A DNA stretch of 64,000 bases, from contig NC_091470.1 in assembly GCF_036971445.1 (NCBI RefSeq), forward strand, positions 180,172,001-180,236,000, given 5' to 3'. The stretch comes from Narcine bancroftii. Taxonomy: Eukaryota. Below are positions 1 to 13,079 of this stretch, one piece after another (positions within the stretch are counted from its first letter, which is position 1; each line of letters opens with the position of its first letter). The notes beneath the pieces were generated by a model. The model searched no databases, was not told the DNA's origin, and saw only the letters and a program-made list of their open reading frames with translations. A program made the position numbers and the translations under genes.

Positions 1-435
1 CCTGAAGGGCCAAGTTTCATCAGTAAGACACTGAAGTGGCTGATGGAAGTACATCAGTTGTGGATGTCCTGGAACAACAAATCTCTCTTTGAAAATTGAC
101 AAGAACCTTCCTGAGTGGTAACCATTTACCTTTCAAACACCAAAGCCTGGTGAACTTTATAAATGTTAAATTTATAATTTAAATTCTATGCACAGTATAA
201 GAATTGCCTGCAACTAGTGAACTTGGAGGAATGAGAAGTGAGATTGGACTGTGAACCAAAGAACTTTTCTGAACTTACACACACATTACATACACATGCA
301 CTTAGAATTAAAAGGGGTTAAGTTAAAGTTTGATTTTATTTTCATGTTTAAAGATCATTAAAAGCAACTTTTGTTTAAGCAGGTATTTGTCTTGGTGAAT
401 ATCTATTGCTGCTGGGGTCCTCTGGGTTGGTAACA
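1..435 (+). mobile_element. Probable 3' part of an LTR (truncated by window edge)
   Basis: AT-rich non-coding segment with ATTAAA, ending ...GGGTTGGTAACA (LTR-type 3' terminus). 5' end and TSD not visible. Confidence 0.4.
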
Positions 436-449
436 CATGTGAAAACTAA

Positions 450-2000
450 GCCAGCATTCACCACTTCAGCTCGTTCCACACCCCTACCACTCAATATGTG
501 AAGAAATTCCCCCCCCCTAAACTCTCCTTTCACCATGTCCTCTGGTTAGTATCTCATCGAACGTCAGTGGTAAAAGCTGACCTACATTAACTCTGTTCAA
601 GCTCCTCCCAATTTTGTAAACCTTGATCAAATCTCCCCAAATCTCCCCTCGTTTCTCTACATTCCAGGAAATGAAGTCTGAACCTATTTAACCTTTCCCT
701 GTAACTCTGTTCCTGAAGTCTGGACAACATCCTAATAAATCTACTCTACACTCTTTCTATCTTATTGATATTTTCCCTGTAGTTCGGTGACCAAACCTGC
801 ACACAATACCCCAAATTTAGCCTCACCAATGTCTTATACTACTTTACCAGAACAGTCCAAATCCTGAAAATACTTTGATTTATGAAGGCTAATGTGTCAA
901 AAGCTCTCTTTATTACCCTGTCCACCTGTGACGCCACTTTCAGGGAATGATATATCTGTATTCCCGGGTCCCTCTGTCCTCAGTGCCCGGCCATTCACCA
1001 TGTACATCCTACATTGGTTTGTCCTTCCAAAATGCAATACATCACATTGCTGAGAAGGTTCACTGAGGTGTTGCCAGGACTCAAGGAACTGAGGTTAAAC
1101 AGGTTAGGGCCACATTCTCTTCAGTGAGGGGATATTTGATAGAGATGTACAAAATGGTGAGAGGTATTAAACGCAAGTAGGCCAGGGCTTTTATCTTTGG
1201 AGTGATGAGAGGTCTTAATAGGGGTCTACAAGATTCTGAGAGGCAGAGATAGGGTGAGCCTGTTTCCCTAGGGCGGAATCAGCAAACACCAGGGGACATC
1301 TGTACAAAATGAAGGGAGGGAAGTTCAGGGGAGACATCAGGGGAAAGTTTTTTTACTCAGAGAGTTGTGGGGGCCTGGAATGGATTGCTGTGGATGGTGG
1401 TGGAGGCTGGAATATCAAGGACATTTAAAAGGCTCTTAGACAGGTTCCTGGATGGAAGGAAAAATAGAGGGTTACGGGGTAGGGAGAGTTTAATTTCTTT
1501 TTTAGGTATATATGGGTCAGGCCAGCATTGTGGGCTGAAGGGCCTGTGTTATGCTGTTATGTTCAGTGTTTTTTTTCCACTCAGCTTACAAACCAGAGGA
1601 TGTGGGTTAATTGTGTTCATTTCTGGTTACCTCATTACAGGAAGGATGTGGAAGCTGTGGAGAGGGGGCAGAGGAGATTCACCAGGGTGTTGCCTGGATT
1701 GTGAAATATATCCTCTGAGGTTAGGTCAGCAGAGCTGGGACTTTTCTCTTTGGAGCGAAGAGGGATGAGAGGAGACTTGATAGGGGTTGACAAGATTCTG
1801 AGAGGCAGAGATAAGGCAGACGGGCGGGAGAAACACCAGAGGACATCTGTACAAAGTGAAGGGAGGGAAGTTCAGGGGAGACAACAGGGGTGTTTTTTAT
1901 TAAACACAGAGTGTGGCGGGTACATAGATGCAAGAAAAATGGAGGGTTCTGGGTGTGGGGAGGGAAGTGTTAGATTATTGAGCAAGTTTATAAAAAAGGC
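450..2000. mobile_element. Cluster of degenerate CR1 LINE 3' fragments (minus ~450-1045; plus ~1050-2000)
   Basis: Decayed CR1 ORF2 C-terminal motifs (FSLERRGMRGDLI, FRGDIRGKFFTQRVVGAWN) with stops and frameshifts. Confidence 0.75.
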
Positions 2001-2001
2001 A

Positions 2002-2155
2002 AACTTTTTAATTTTTAATTTGGACGTATAGCGCGGTAACAGGCCACTTCAGTCCCCGAGTTCATGCAGGGCTGTCGGTTAATTGGGTGGCACGGACTCG
2101 TGGGCCGAAGTGGCCGGTTACTGCGCTGTACGTCCAAATTAAAATTTTAAAAGTT
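2002..2155. repeat. Inverted repeat formed by two SINE 3' tails (hairpin)
   Basis: Arm 2002-2067 is the imperfect reverse complement of arm 2090-2155 (TTTAATTTGGACGTATAGCGCGGTAAC vs GTTACTGCGCTGTACGTCCAAATTAAA). Confidence 0.8.
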
Positions 2156-3789
2156 GGCTGGGTGTAACACATCATCTCTCAGTGTGGCCTTTGCTGTCAC
2201 CTGGTGGTGGAGGCAAGGAATCCCTGTGATTAGAATTTAGTTGTTTTGTGCCCACGTTTATTGCTATCAATTACATTTCCATCAAGATACTTTTTTGAAA
2301 TATAAATAAATCCATTTAAAAACGTGAGTTCAATGCCCGTTCAGAAATTCTGAGGGCAAAGCCGCCCTTGCGCGGCTGGGTGCTGGCCTTCAGGCCCCTC
2401 TTTCCCGATGGGAGGAGTGAAGCGTGAAAGTCTGACAGACGCCACCATTGTAGTAAAAACACGGGTCCTGCGGCATCCCGGAGGTGGTAACGGGATCCAG
2501 CACATCTCTGATGAACCGAACACCAATCCACCGAGATCCTGAACATCAGAAGGTTTTTTTCGGGGGAGATGTGATGTCATAATTTGGAAAAAAAAAGTTG
2601 GAAATAAATTTACCCACCATGCTCACGTGGGGCCACAGGGGATCAGTTTTACAAAGGAGACATTTACATGTTAAAGGAAAGGACGGGGCTGATTATGTAT
2701 TTATAAATTGCCATTTTTCTTTGCCTTGAGTTAAACTGCAACTTGGTGATGAATTGCTTTCTCAGAATTTGAACTGAATATCGTGCTCTCTCCCCGCTCG
2801 CCTGAGACGCTCCCTCCGTCAAATACCCTTTCAGCAGGGCCACTGAAATTCTGCTGGAGAACCGTCCCTGCGCAATCTCCTACCATTGACAGGCCAGGCA
2901 AGACTTCGGGCTCCCGGGCAGGATTGCCATTGGTGGTGGGGAGGTGTCAGCGACTGGCGACGGCCAATGCAAGTATTCTCCTGATGCCACTGGGCGGCTT
3001 TAGAGAAAATTCCCGAAAAGCCGAAAAATCTGCTGAACCGAGATAGGTCCAGTTCGGGTCATCGGGAACGTGCCGCATTACTTATGTTTTGGACCTGAAC
3101 CCCTCTTAGGGGAGTGAGCAAAGAGCAGGCAGGCATCTGAATTAAATGTCGGGGGGTGGGGGGAGAGGTGGGGCAGTGGGGAGGGGCACAGTCCCACGGG
3201 CAGGAGGTCATAGGTGGAGACCGCACCAGCAAACAGGGGGAGGCAGGGGGGAGCCGCTCTGCGAATAGAGAGAGAAGGGGGGGTTGGGGAGCTGGAGAGC
3301 AGGAGGTAGAGGGACGGGGGAGAGCGGGGAGTGGGCTGGCAGAAACCGGAGAAGTTGGTGTCAATGCATTGGGTCAAGTGCCTGCCTTTTGTTTTTTGCC
3401 TTGCAACTTGGTGAAGGCCTCAGGCCCGAAACATTGGTCGGCCTGGTTGCTGAGCCTCTCCCACTGCACTTGGGCACTGCCCGACAACCCCAGATCCTGC
3501 AAACTTTCCTGTTTCAACAAACTCCTGCTGTTCCTGGAACAAAGTCAATGTTCAGTGTGGTCTCAACAGGCGGATTTCTGTCACCTAGAGGCAGGGACAA
3601 GCATAGCAGGCGCTCACTCTCTCCTGTGATTAGAATTTAGTGTCAGGAATATGTCACGAAATTCGTTGTTTTGCTCCAGCATTATTGCTATAAATTACAT
3701 TTGTATAAATAAAAGAGAAGAAAAGTGGGGTGGGGGGGAGTTATCCACTGGGGTCTCCTCTGCATCGGAGGGACTGGACGCAGACGGGG

Positions 3790-4330
3790 TGGTTGCCTCG
3801 CTAAGCACCTCAGCCCCACCCGCCGCCATCGCGGGGATCTCCCGATGGGTGCCCATTCCAGTTCCCTGCTCCATTCCCCGCCAACACGTCTGCCCATGCA
3901 CTGCCGGACTGAGGCCACCCATAAATTGGAGGAACAGCACCTCATCTTCCGACCGGGACCCCCTCCAACCAGACGACTGTAGCATCGACTTCTCTGGCTT
4001 TTGTTAACCCCCTCACTACTCTCTCCCCTCCCCCCCACCTCCCAGGGCCTTTCCCTATCTCTTTCTCTCTCTCCTTTCTGTCTCCTAACACCTCGTCTCT
4101 TATCACATCCAATTTTTAACACCTTTTGTGGGTCTGGATTCCTCCCGCACTGTCTGAGACATTGTGAGATTTCCTGCATCTGCCTCATTCTGCTTATTCC
4201 TCAAAGAAGGGCTGAGGCCCAAAACATCGGCAACGTACCTTTGTCTCCTATGGACGCTGGAAAGACCGGCTGATTTCGGTCAGTGTTTTTAACTACAATC
4301 ATAGCATCTGCAGCCTTATTAAGTGTCACT
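3790..4330 (+). mobile_element. Penelope-like element 3' fragment (GIY-YIG C-terminus)
   Basis: Encodes KLEEQHLIFR..LQPD..IDFSGF, followed by the GAAGGGCT.AGGCCC.AAAC tail. Similar copies at ~5330-5800 (-), ~20790-21210 (+), ~22720-23140 (+), ~28560-28790 (-). Confidence 0.7.
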
Positions 4331-4654
4331 CTGCGGTTCATTGTCTGTTCAGGAATCCGATGGCGGAGGGGAAAGAAGCTGAGTGCTCGTCTTCATTCTC
4401 CTGTTCCCCCTTCCCAATGGTAGTGATGAGACGAGAGATCAAAGAGTGAAACACGAAAGTCTGCAGACGCGGTGACTGTTGTAAAAACGCAGAAATGCTG
4501 GAGGAACTCGGCAGCGTCCACAGGAGGGAAAGGTATATTAACAACGTTTCGAGCCTGAGCCCTGCCTCATGGGTAAAAAAAAGGCCAGGGAGAGGGAAAG
4601 AAAGGGGGCAGGGGATGAGCACAGACCAGCATCCAAGAGGTCATCATTGGACAT

Positions 4655-5284
4655 TGTTGTTCGGGTTCGTGCGGGTCCCGCAGGTTAAGAACCAGACCAA
4701 AGTTGAGGTACAAAGCATACGTTTATTTCAGGGATGCAAACAGGACAATGGGGTCAATATGCTCGGTGAACCTCTACACACACACACAATACACAGGGGG
4801 TAAATGTACACTTTGGATAACGAGGGGGGAACCGATAGAGAATGGGGGAAATTACACAAACATACACATTCAACAGTCAGGATCTAGGTGATACTACGTG
4901 CCCCCACCCCTTGACCGGTACAGACACGGCTCTTGCTACCTGACCTCAGGACTCATCCCAACCCAGTGCGAAAGGTTGGGAGTCTAAAAGGGGCAGAACA
5001 AGGGGCACGTGGTCCTTTATAGTTCTACAGGCAGTACTGGGGGGGGGGGAAATCACTCGGGGGAGGCCAGCCCTGTTGGCTGCTGTGGCCAAAGGCTCAA
5101 AGCCGAGTGCAGGGACTCAGCCGAGGTGATTCACCTGGGCCAATTGGGTGAAGGTCAGGGCTGGGTCTGGGCGGGCTGCCTGGACTGCAGCACCTAGTGA
5201 TTTAGGTGGGCCCATCGCAAGGGTCATCTTGATGGCTTGGGGTGAGTCTTTGACGTTGATTGGCAGGTAGTGTGTCCCCCAAAC
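4655..5284 (-). mobile_element. Possible solo LTR
   Basis: TGTT...AACA termini, minus-strand AATAAA near 4722, interrupts Penelope-like sequence. No clear TSD. Confidence 0.35.
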
Positions 5285-6744
5285 AGGAGCGCAGCAGCGC
5301 CATCAGGTGGTGGATGCAGCCTCTCCATTGAAGACTTGGAGAGGAAAGGTGAGAATTGATCTGGGGAGCGGGTTGGCTCTGTGAATGCAGAGCTGGGGTG
5401 GGGGTGGGGGGGAGGAAGGAGGCATAGGGATAGGGAAGAGAGATGGGGCGGGAGGCTAAGAGAAACCAGAGAAGTCGATGTTAATGCCACCCGGTGGGAG
5501 GGGGCCCAGATGGAAGACGAGGTGTTGCCCCTCTAATTTGCAGATGGTCTTGGTCTGGCTGTGCATGAGACCCCTGGACGGACACGTTGCCGAGGGAATG
5601 GGACGGGGAATTGAAATGGGCGGTCACTGGGAGATCCAAGGTGCTCGATGAAGCCATCTCCCCATCTCTCCAATGTAGAAGAGACCACAATGGGAGCGCC
5701 AGACACAGTAGACTACCCCCCACCCCCCACCCCACAGATACACAAGGGAAACCTTTCTTCACTTGGAAGGAGCGTTTGGGGCCCCGAATGGCGGTGAGGG
5801 GGAGGAGGTATGGGCGCAAGCGGAGCGTCCCCCGTGGCGAGTCTGACACCAGACCCATCCACATGCATTGGCTCTTTTTGTAGCCACCAAGTTCCCTGTA
5901 ATGGTCAAGTTTATTTAGTTCAGATTTTCTATCTGAGTATACATTTTCTCATGAGATTTGTTCTGTCCTGCAGGCAAGGCAGAATGATCATTTAACAATA
6001 GTGGAAAAATGCACATTTCAACAGATAAAGATCTGTAAATGTAAATACAAGTTCAGTGCTCCTTATCCAAAATGCCCCAAAATCCAAAACTGAGCTTTGG
6101 CACCTGACCTTCCACATGTTCGCTGTTGCTGCCCATTTGTTACTAACCATCGTCAGTGCCAAACCAACCCACGTTACTGCATGTTTTTTTTTGCTTATTC
6201 TCCCCTCTGGTACAAAGGTATTGTTGAAAACAATTAATGGTGAAGTAGGTGAAATTCTTCTGAATCAAGGTAAGTAAAAAACATGTGAAATCAGAAATTC
6301 GTCTTCACCTAAAATGTCAGGTTTGAATGTAATGCAAACAGCAACATTATTGGAGGCAGTTATTCGATTTGTATTTACAATAGATACAGATAGCCTTAGT
6401 TAGAAGGAGGAGGTAAATTAGTAGAGAGAACATTTTACTTCCTTTTCATTATTAAGACTAACAAGTAAAGTGGGTTTTAACCACAAGTCACAGATCATAT
6501 CACAGAACAATGTGATCACATCAGAGAAGTATAAAATATCTTGTGTAAGGGGAATTTTAAGTATTATTTGTATAATTTTTGTATTCAATATAGATTTTGG
6601 ACATAGTATGAGTTATGATTTAATTATTACAATTAAAGAATTTGTTGTCCTGAGCCAAATAAGTTATGGTCACGTTTCTAATTTTCAATTGATAAGTGAC
6701 CAGTATATGATTTGATTTCTGTTATCGATATCGAGGCTGCTTCT

Positions 6745-7260
6745 TTTTACAATATACATCAATGATTTAGATTACGGAGTGAATGGTTTTGTGGCGAAGT
6801 TTGAAGATGGCACCAAGGTGGGTGGTGGAGCAGGAAGGTTGCAGAGAGAAAGAGCTGGATAGTTTGGGAAAGTGAGCCAAGAAATGGCAGATGAGACATG
6901 ACATTGAGAAATGTGCAATTTGGAAGACGAAATCAACAGGAAGATTATCGATTGGATGGGGAGAAAATTCAAAATGTGTTAGTGCAAAGGGACTGGGGGG
7001 GGGGGGTCCTCGTGCAGGATAACCTAAAGGTGAACCACCGGGTTGGATCAGCAGTAAAGAAAGTGAATGCTATGTTGGCCTTCATTTCAAGGGGAATAGT
7101 GTAGAAGAGTAAAGAGGTGTCGATGAGACTCAACAGGGCACTGGTGAGACCTCATTTGGAGTGACTGTGTGCAGTTTTGGGCCCCTTATCTTAGAAGGGA
7201 TGTAATGATGTTGGAGACAGTTCAGAGATTTACCAGGATGATTCCTGGATTGCGAGGATT
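6745..7260 (+). mobile_element. Degenerate CR1 RT fragment
   Basis: YINDLD and AKFEDGTK (decayed FADDTK) motifs, VKKVNAMLAFISRGI. Confidence 0.75.
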
Positions 7261-7511
7261 AGTAAGGGATTGCTTAAGGTGGGATGTGAGTGGAAGGGAA
7301 GGCTGAGAATCCCTGCTCTACACCCAATTGTAACTGAAATATTTTGCTTGAGAAAAATTGTCATTGGCCCATTTCCTTTGGAGTTATGAAGCCCTGCACA
7401 TAACGAGTATGATTTTTTTTAAAAAGTGGCTTTCAAACTTTTTCTTTCCACTCATATACCACCTTGAGCAATCCCTTACTAATCACAGAGCATAGGGAAT
7501 ACTAATAAATG

Positions 7512-8045
7512 TGTGAGAGATAATGGAATATGGGAAGTTAATCAATTGTTAAATAGGAATGAATTAGGATGGGAAGGGATAATGGAATAAGGGAAGTCAA
7601 GCAAGTGCTAAATAGGAATGAATTATGATGGGTTCAATAAGGGTGGAGTAGAATAGAGTGTGAAGAAGGGTTAAGCAAGTATAATAGAATAGGGGTCTTA
7701 TAGCAAGTAGATAGATTTAGCAAGTCCTGGGGGTTGAGGTTTATGAATAAGAAGAAAGACATGACACTTCCTGGTAAACAAGTATATACACAGAAAGGCA
7801 CACAAACTGCACGTAGGCAGAATTACCTAATGCCAAACCAATCCAAGAGGCAGAAAAATGTTAAGGGGTGGGGAAGGTACCTCTGTACTGAAATAGAATG
7901 TATAAAAAGTTGGGTAAGCCCCAGTAAGTGTGTGTATTCCCAGGGTAAGGGGAAGCACCCAACTTTGCACTGTTGTAAAATAAATGTTCTTTGTTCTCAA
8001 TTTTTGTCTCAAGTGAAATCTGTGAAGGCACCTCTGCTTCTCACA
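7512..8045 (+). mobile_element. Solo LTR with 4-bp TSD
   Basis: Termini TGTGAGA...TCTCACA. TSD AATG at 7508-7511 and 8046-8049. TATAAAA at ~7901 and AATAAA at ~7979. Confidence 0.8.
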
Positions 8046-8579
8046 AATGCAAGCATGCTTTTTCCACTTTGGTTCAAGTTTGTAGGTCAATTGGGTGTAA
8101 TTTGGCAGCACGGGCTCGTGAGCCAAAAGGGCTTGTTTCCGTAATGTATGTCTAAATTTTTAAGAAATGTAATTTATATTTAAGACTTTGTAGACAATTA
8201 CTTGATGTCTTGGAGTGTAGTTTCAACAGGTGTACTGTACAGGCATCCTGGCCTGTTGCATCACTCTCTGATAGGTGCCTAGCGGGCACAGATTTCATTC
8301 CATCAAGGACATCCCTATGCCCTCTTCAACACTGCTATGATCAGGAAGGAGATACAGGAGCCTGAAGATGAGCCCTCATGTTCATAACAATAAATCTGAT
8401 TAATTCCTGGCTTGTGTTTTCAATCGCTGATTAATTTAATGACTTCTTTTTCACCCAAATCCTGTCTATTTTAGCACCTGCCACGAACTGCAATTTTTCT
8501 TAGATATAAATCTTGTTCATTGTGGGCTTAATTGTGAATTTGAGCTGTACAGATCAACAAACATTTCGTGGCAATCAAG

Positions 8580-8717
8580 GGCACTTCCGGATAGAAAACG
8601 GCGCCAATTTCTCCTGGGGCGCTATTCGCGAGCGGCCAATCCGGCCAGAACCGGCCGATCACGCGAGCGACCTCGACCCGGACGATGGGGATGGGGATGG
8701 GGATGGGGGGGGGGGGG

Positions 8718-8763
<46 letters not shown>

Positions 8764-8833
8764 ACTCTGACAGCGAGCCAATAGGCAGCGAGCGCCGGCT
8801 GATCCCTGATTAGCATACGGGCAGGCATATAAA
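8580..8833 (+). promoter_or_regulatory. H2B promoter
   Basis: CCAAT at 8604, 8636, 8778; octamer variant ATTAGCAT at 8809-8816 (canonical H2B ATTTGCAT); TATAAA at 8828-8833; CTTCCGG ETS-like site at ~8584. Confidence 0.8.
8684..8762 (+). repeat. Compound microsatellite (GATGGG)4-G16-(AG)21
   Basis: Read directly; lies between CCAAT boxes of the H2B promoter. Confidence 0.95.
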
Positions 8834-8860
8834 GGCGAGCCGACGGGACAGTCAGCAAAG

Positions 8861-9244
8861 ATGCCCGAGAGCGCGGCGAAGAGGATCACCAAGAAAGGGG
8901 TGAAGAAGGCGGCGTCCAAGGTGCCCTCGCAGGGGGAAAAGAAATGGCGGCGGCGGCGGGGCCGGCGGGAGAGCTACGGTATCTACGTGTACAAAGTGCT
9001 GAAGCAGGTGCACCCGGACACGGGCATTTCGTCTAAGGCCATGAGCATCATGAATTCCTTCGTCAACGACGTCTTTGACCGCATCGCTTGCGAGGCGTCG
9101 CGTCTGGCCCAGTACAGCCGGCGGCATACGCTGTCGTCGCGGGAGATCCAGACGGCCGTGCGGCTGCTGGTGCCCGGGGAGCTGGCTAAGCACGCTGTGT
9201 CCGAGGGCACCAAGGCGGTCACCAAGTACACCAGCTCCAAGTGA
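8861..9244 (+). CDS. H2B: Histone H2B, divergent variant (intronless)
   Basis: 127-aa ORF with H2B fold ([20 protein letters not shown]...[17 protein letters not shown]), promoter elements and 3' stem-loop. Confidence 0.97.
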   Translation: MPESAAKRITKKGVKKAASKVPSQGEKKWRRRRGRRESYGIYVYKVLKQVHPDTGISSKAMSIMNSFVNDVFDRIACEASRLAQYSRRHTLSSREIQTAVRLLVPGELAKHAVSEGTKAVTKYTSSK

Positions 9245-9288
9245 AGGGTCCCATCCAGCCCCCAGCTCCTTCCTACTCGCTGTACAAC

Positions 9289-9329
9289 GGCTCTTTTCAG
9301 GGCCAACTCCACATGCTCAGCTCGGAGCT
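9289..9329 (+). promoter_or_regulatory. Histone 3' stem-loop and weak downstream element (H2B)
   Basis: GGCTCTTTTCAGGGCC at 9289-9304 (one G.U pair); CGGAGCT ~18 nt downstream. Confidence 0.85.
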
Positions 9330-10099
9330 TGGCTCCCTTTCCCCACCCCCCTGTCCCTGTATCGCTACTGGGTAAGAACCATAAGACGTCCAGTCGCCTC
9401 CATGATGTCTGGGTCAGACCATTTGCTCCTGCTTTAAATCTGGATCAACTAATTTGCATGTAATTAACGTGCACAGCCCAGACTTTAAATGCCAGCACTT
9501 TATACACCACCCCCTCATTTCAGGGCACCATAAAGTGGGCTTCACAGGGGGTGGTGAAGGGTTCACTCATGTCACATGAATGTTCTTTAACTTTGGTCCA
9601 CCCTGAGGCTGCCTCTTGGTCCAGCACCCCTCATGGAACCCTACAGCACCAGGCAGTCTCCCCTCCAAGTACTGACCAGTCCTGAGCCTGAGATCAGATT
9701 ATTGTGAACATAATTGCTTCCATAGATAAGAGAGCGGGTCTGGCTTCGAAGCTTTTGATCACCTTTGTAGTTGCCATTTTTCAACATGACCAGGGTTGTG
9801 CCGATGAACGTCCAAGAAGGCATTAGGGGGCCGGAAAAAACAAGTAGGAGACACCATCCATCAGTTTGGATCATTGTTAAGAACGAATGGCTCAGTAATT
9901 ACAAAGGGACCAATATTCAACTTTTGGTGGCAGAAGAATTCTCCTCATGAATTCTAACAGATCAGAAACACTCTTCAGGAGGCAAGTGTGACTACTAATG
10001 CCTGCAGAAGACATCAAATTTAAAACTGGAGCACAGGGGGAAATAAAGGGGGGGGGATGTCTTTTTTCCAAACATTATGGAGGGAGGGCACTGTGGAAG

Positions 10100-11160
10100 C
10101 AGAACTAGGCCATTTGGCCCATTTAGTCTGCCCTGCATTAAATCATGAGCAGATTTAATTCCCTAATCAACCCCTCTCTCTGGCCTTCTCCCCATAACCT
10201 TTGATGCCCTGGCTAAACAAGAACACATCAATCTCTGCCTTAAATACGCCCAATGACCCGGCCTCCACAACCGCTTGAGGCAACAAATCACACAGATTCA
10301 CTGCCCTCTGGCTGAAGAAATTCCTCTGTTCTAAGTGGACTCCCTTCACTCCTGAAGTTGTGCCCTCTTGACTTAGACTCTCCCACCATGGGAAGCAACC
10401 TATTCTGTCCACGCCTTTCAACGTTTGAAATGTTTCAATGAGAATTCCCCCTCATTCTCCTAAATTCCAGTGAGTCCAGGCCAAGGGCCGTCAAATGCTC
10501 CTCATACAATAACCCTTTCATTCCCGGAATCCTCCTTGTGAACCTCCTCTGAACCCTCTCCAACATCAGCTCATCCTTTCTTAAACAAGGAGCCCAGAAC
10601 TGATCCTAATTCTCCACGTGAGGTCTCCCCAGGACCTTGTAAAGCCTCAACATCACATCCCTGCTCTTAGATTCTATTCCTCTTGAAATGAACACCAAAT
10701 TTGCATTTGCCTTCTTCACCACCGACCCAACCTGCAAGTTCACCTTCAGGGTATAAGAGCAGGGATGTGATGATGAGGCTTAAGAAGGCCTCACTCGGAG
10801 AACAGGGTACAGTTTTGGGCTCCTCATTTAAGAAAGGATGTGCTGGTGTTGGAGAGGGTTCAAAGAATGATTCCTGGGATAAAAGGATTAGAATATGAGG
10901 AACATTTGATGGCTCTTGCACTGTACTCCTTGATTTTGAGATGGGAGGGAGACCTCATAGGAGTGTTTTGAATGTTGAAAGGTGTGGACCGTAGATGGAG
11001 AAAGGAGTGGAGGGTAAGAGGGCTAAACATCAGGATTTAAAACAGATGTGGAGGGATCAGCAGGGAAAAGAATCTCAGGGTTTTAAGTGGTTATGTTTGT
11101 ACTCTGACAATAAATCTATATCCAACTCGACGGGCCAAATGGCCTACATCTACTCCTATG
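10100..11160. mobile_element. Two oppositely oriented CR1 3' fragments between H2B and H3
   Basis: RNFFSQRAVNL and GVFKAEID on minus (~10100-10750); decayed CR1 on plus (~10750-11160). Confidence 0.75.
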
Positions 11161-11209
11161 TCTTATAGACTCGGTGCCTTTGGCAGAAAGAAAGTCAATG
11201 CAGAAATGA

Positions 11210-11896
<687 letters not shown>

Positions 11897-11926
11897 GACT
11901 GACCCCGCAACCCATCCGCACCCAAA

Positions 11927-11967
11927 GGCTCTTTTCAGAGCCACTGACCTTGCCTGCGAAGGAGCTG
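11927..11967 (+). promoter_or_regulatory. Histone 3' stem-loop and downstream element (H3)
   Basis: AAA-GGCTCTTTTCAGAGCC-AC at 11927-11942; GAAGGAGCTG at 11958-11967. Confidence 0.92.
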
Positions 11968-12264
11968 CAGTCACCCCATTGAGGTGTTACATGCAGAGGT
12001 CATTCAGCTTGTCCTCTGTCCTACATCACCAGCCGATCCACTCTGCCTGGACCTTTCCAATTTCGATGCCACTGGCTTGTGAGACCACAAAGCCTTGTAT
12101 ATGCCCAATAACCTGGCCTCTGCGGCTGCCAACTAGAGGTTCATTGACCCACGTACTAGAGGAGTTGCAGGGAAGAAACTTTGCCACAGCTACTCTGTCC
12201 AGGGCCCTCATTGTGGTAATTGCTTCTACAAGGTTCTCAATCTGAGCTCAAAGGAACAAAAGCA

Positions 12265-12885
12265 GGCCACGGCCCATCAAGTCTGTCCATTAAGCTGCTC
12301 TATCCTAGTTCCAATTTCTGGCTTTTTCCCCATACCCCTTGATGTTCTCACTAACGTGATACTTGTCCATTGTTTAAACACTCCCAGTGATCTGGCTTCC
12401 ACTGCTGCATGTGGCAGCGAGTTCCACAGATCCACGACCCTCTGGCTGAAGTTCTTCCTAACCTCTGTTTTATATGGATAGCTTCTAATTTTCAGACGAT
12501 GATCCCCCCTCCCCTTGTCCTCAATTCACCCACCAAGGGAAACATCTTACCCGCATCCATCCTATCTAAACCTGTCAAAATACCAAATGCCTCTATGAGA
12601 TCTCCTCTCATTCTCCTGGACTCCAATGAATACAACCGCAGAGCTGCCAAACACTCCTTGTACGTTAGCCCTTGCATTCCGGGAATCATCCTGGTAAATC
12701 TCTGCACCCTCTCCAACAACATCACATCCTTTAGGGAGCCCAAAACTGCACACAGTTCTCCAAATGGGGTCTCACCAGTGTCCCATAGAGCCTCATCAAC
12801 ACCTCTTTACTCTTATACACTATTCCTCTCGAAATTAAGGCCAACATAGCATTTGCTTTCTTCACGACCAATTTCACCTGGAATT
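12265..12885 (-). mobile_element. CR1 3' fragment
   Basis: LERVQRFTRMIPGMQGLTY...LYSLESRRMRGDLIE. Confidence 0.8.
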
Positions 12886-13079
12886 TAGTCCAAGAATTGT
12901 CATATCTTCATAAGTAAATCCTTTCATCCAGGAATTATTTATATTTAGACGACCGGCTCAGTAACCATATGATATAGGAGCGGAAATAGGCTGTTCAGCC
13001 CATTAGGTTTGTCCCGCCATTCAATCGTGAGCTGATCCATTTTCCCCATGGCTGGCCTTCTCCCTGTGACCCGGCTAAT

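Noticed and set aside
2180-3700. Short shared segment CCTGTGATTAGAATTTAGT at ~2222 and ~3622
   Set aside because: Looks like an old local duplication or repeat fragment with no functional signal.
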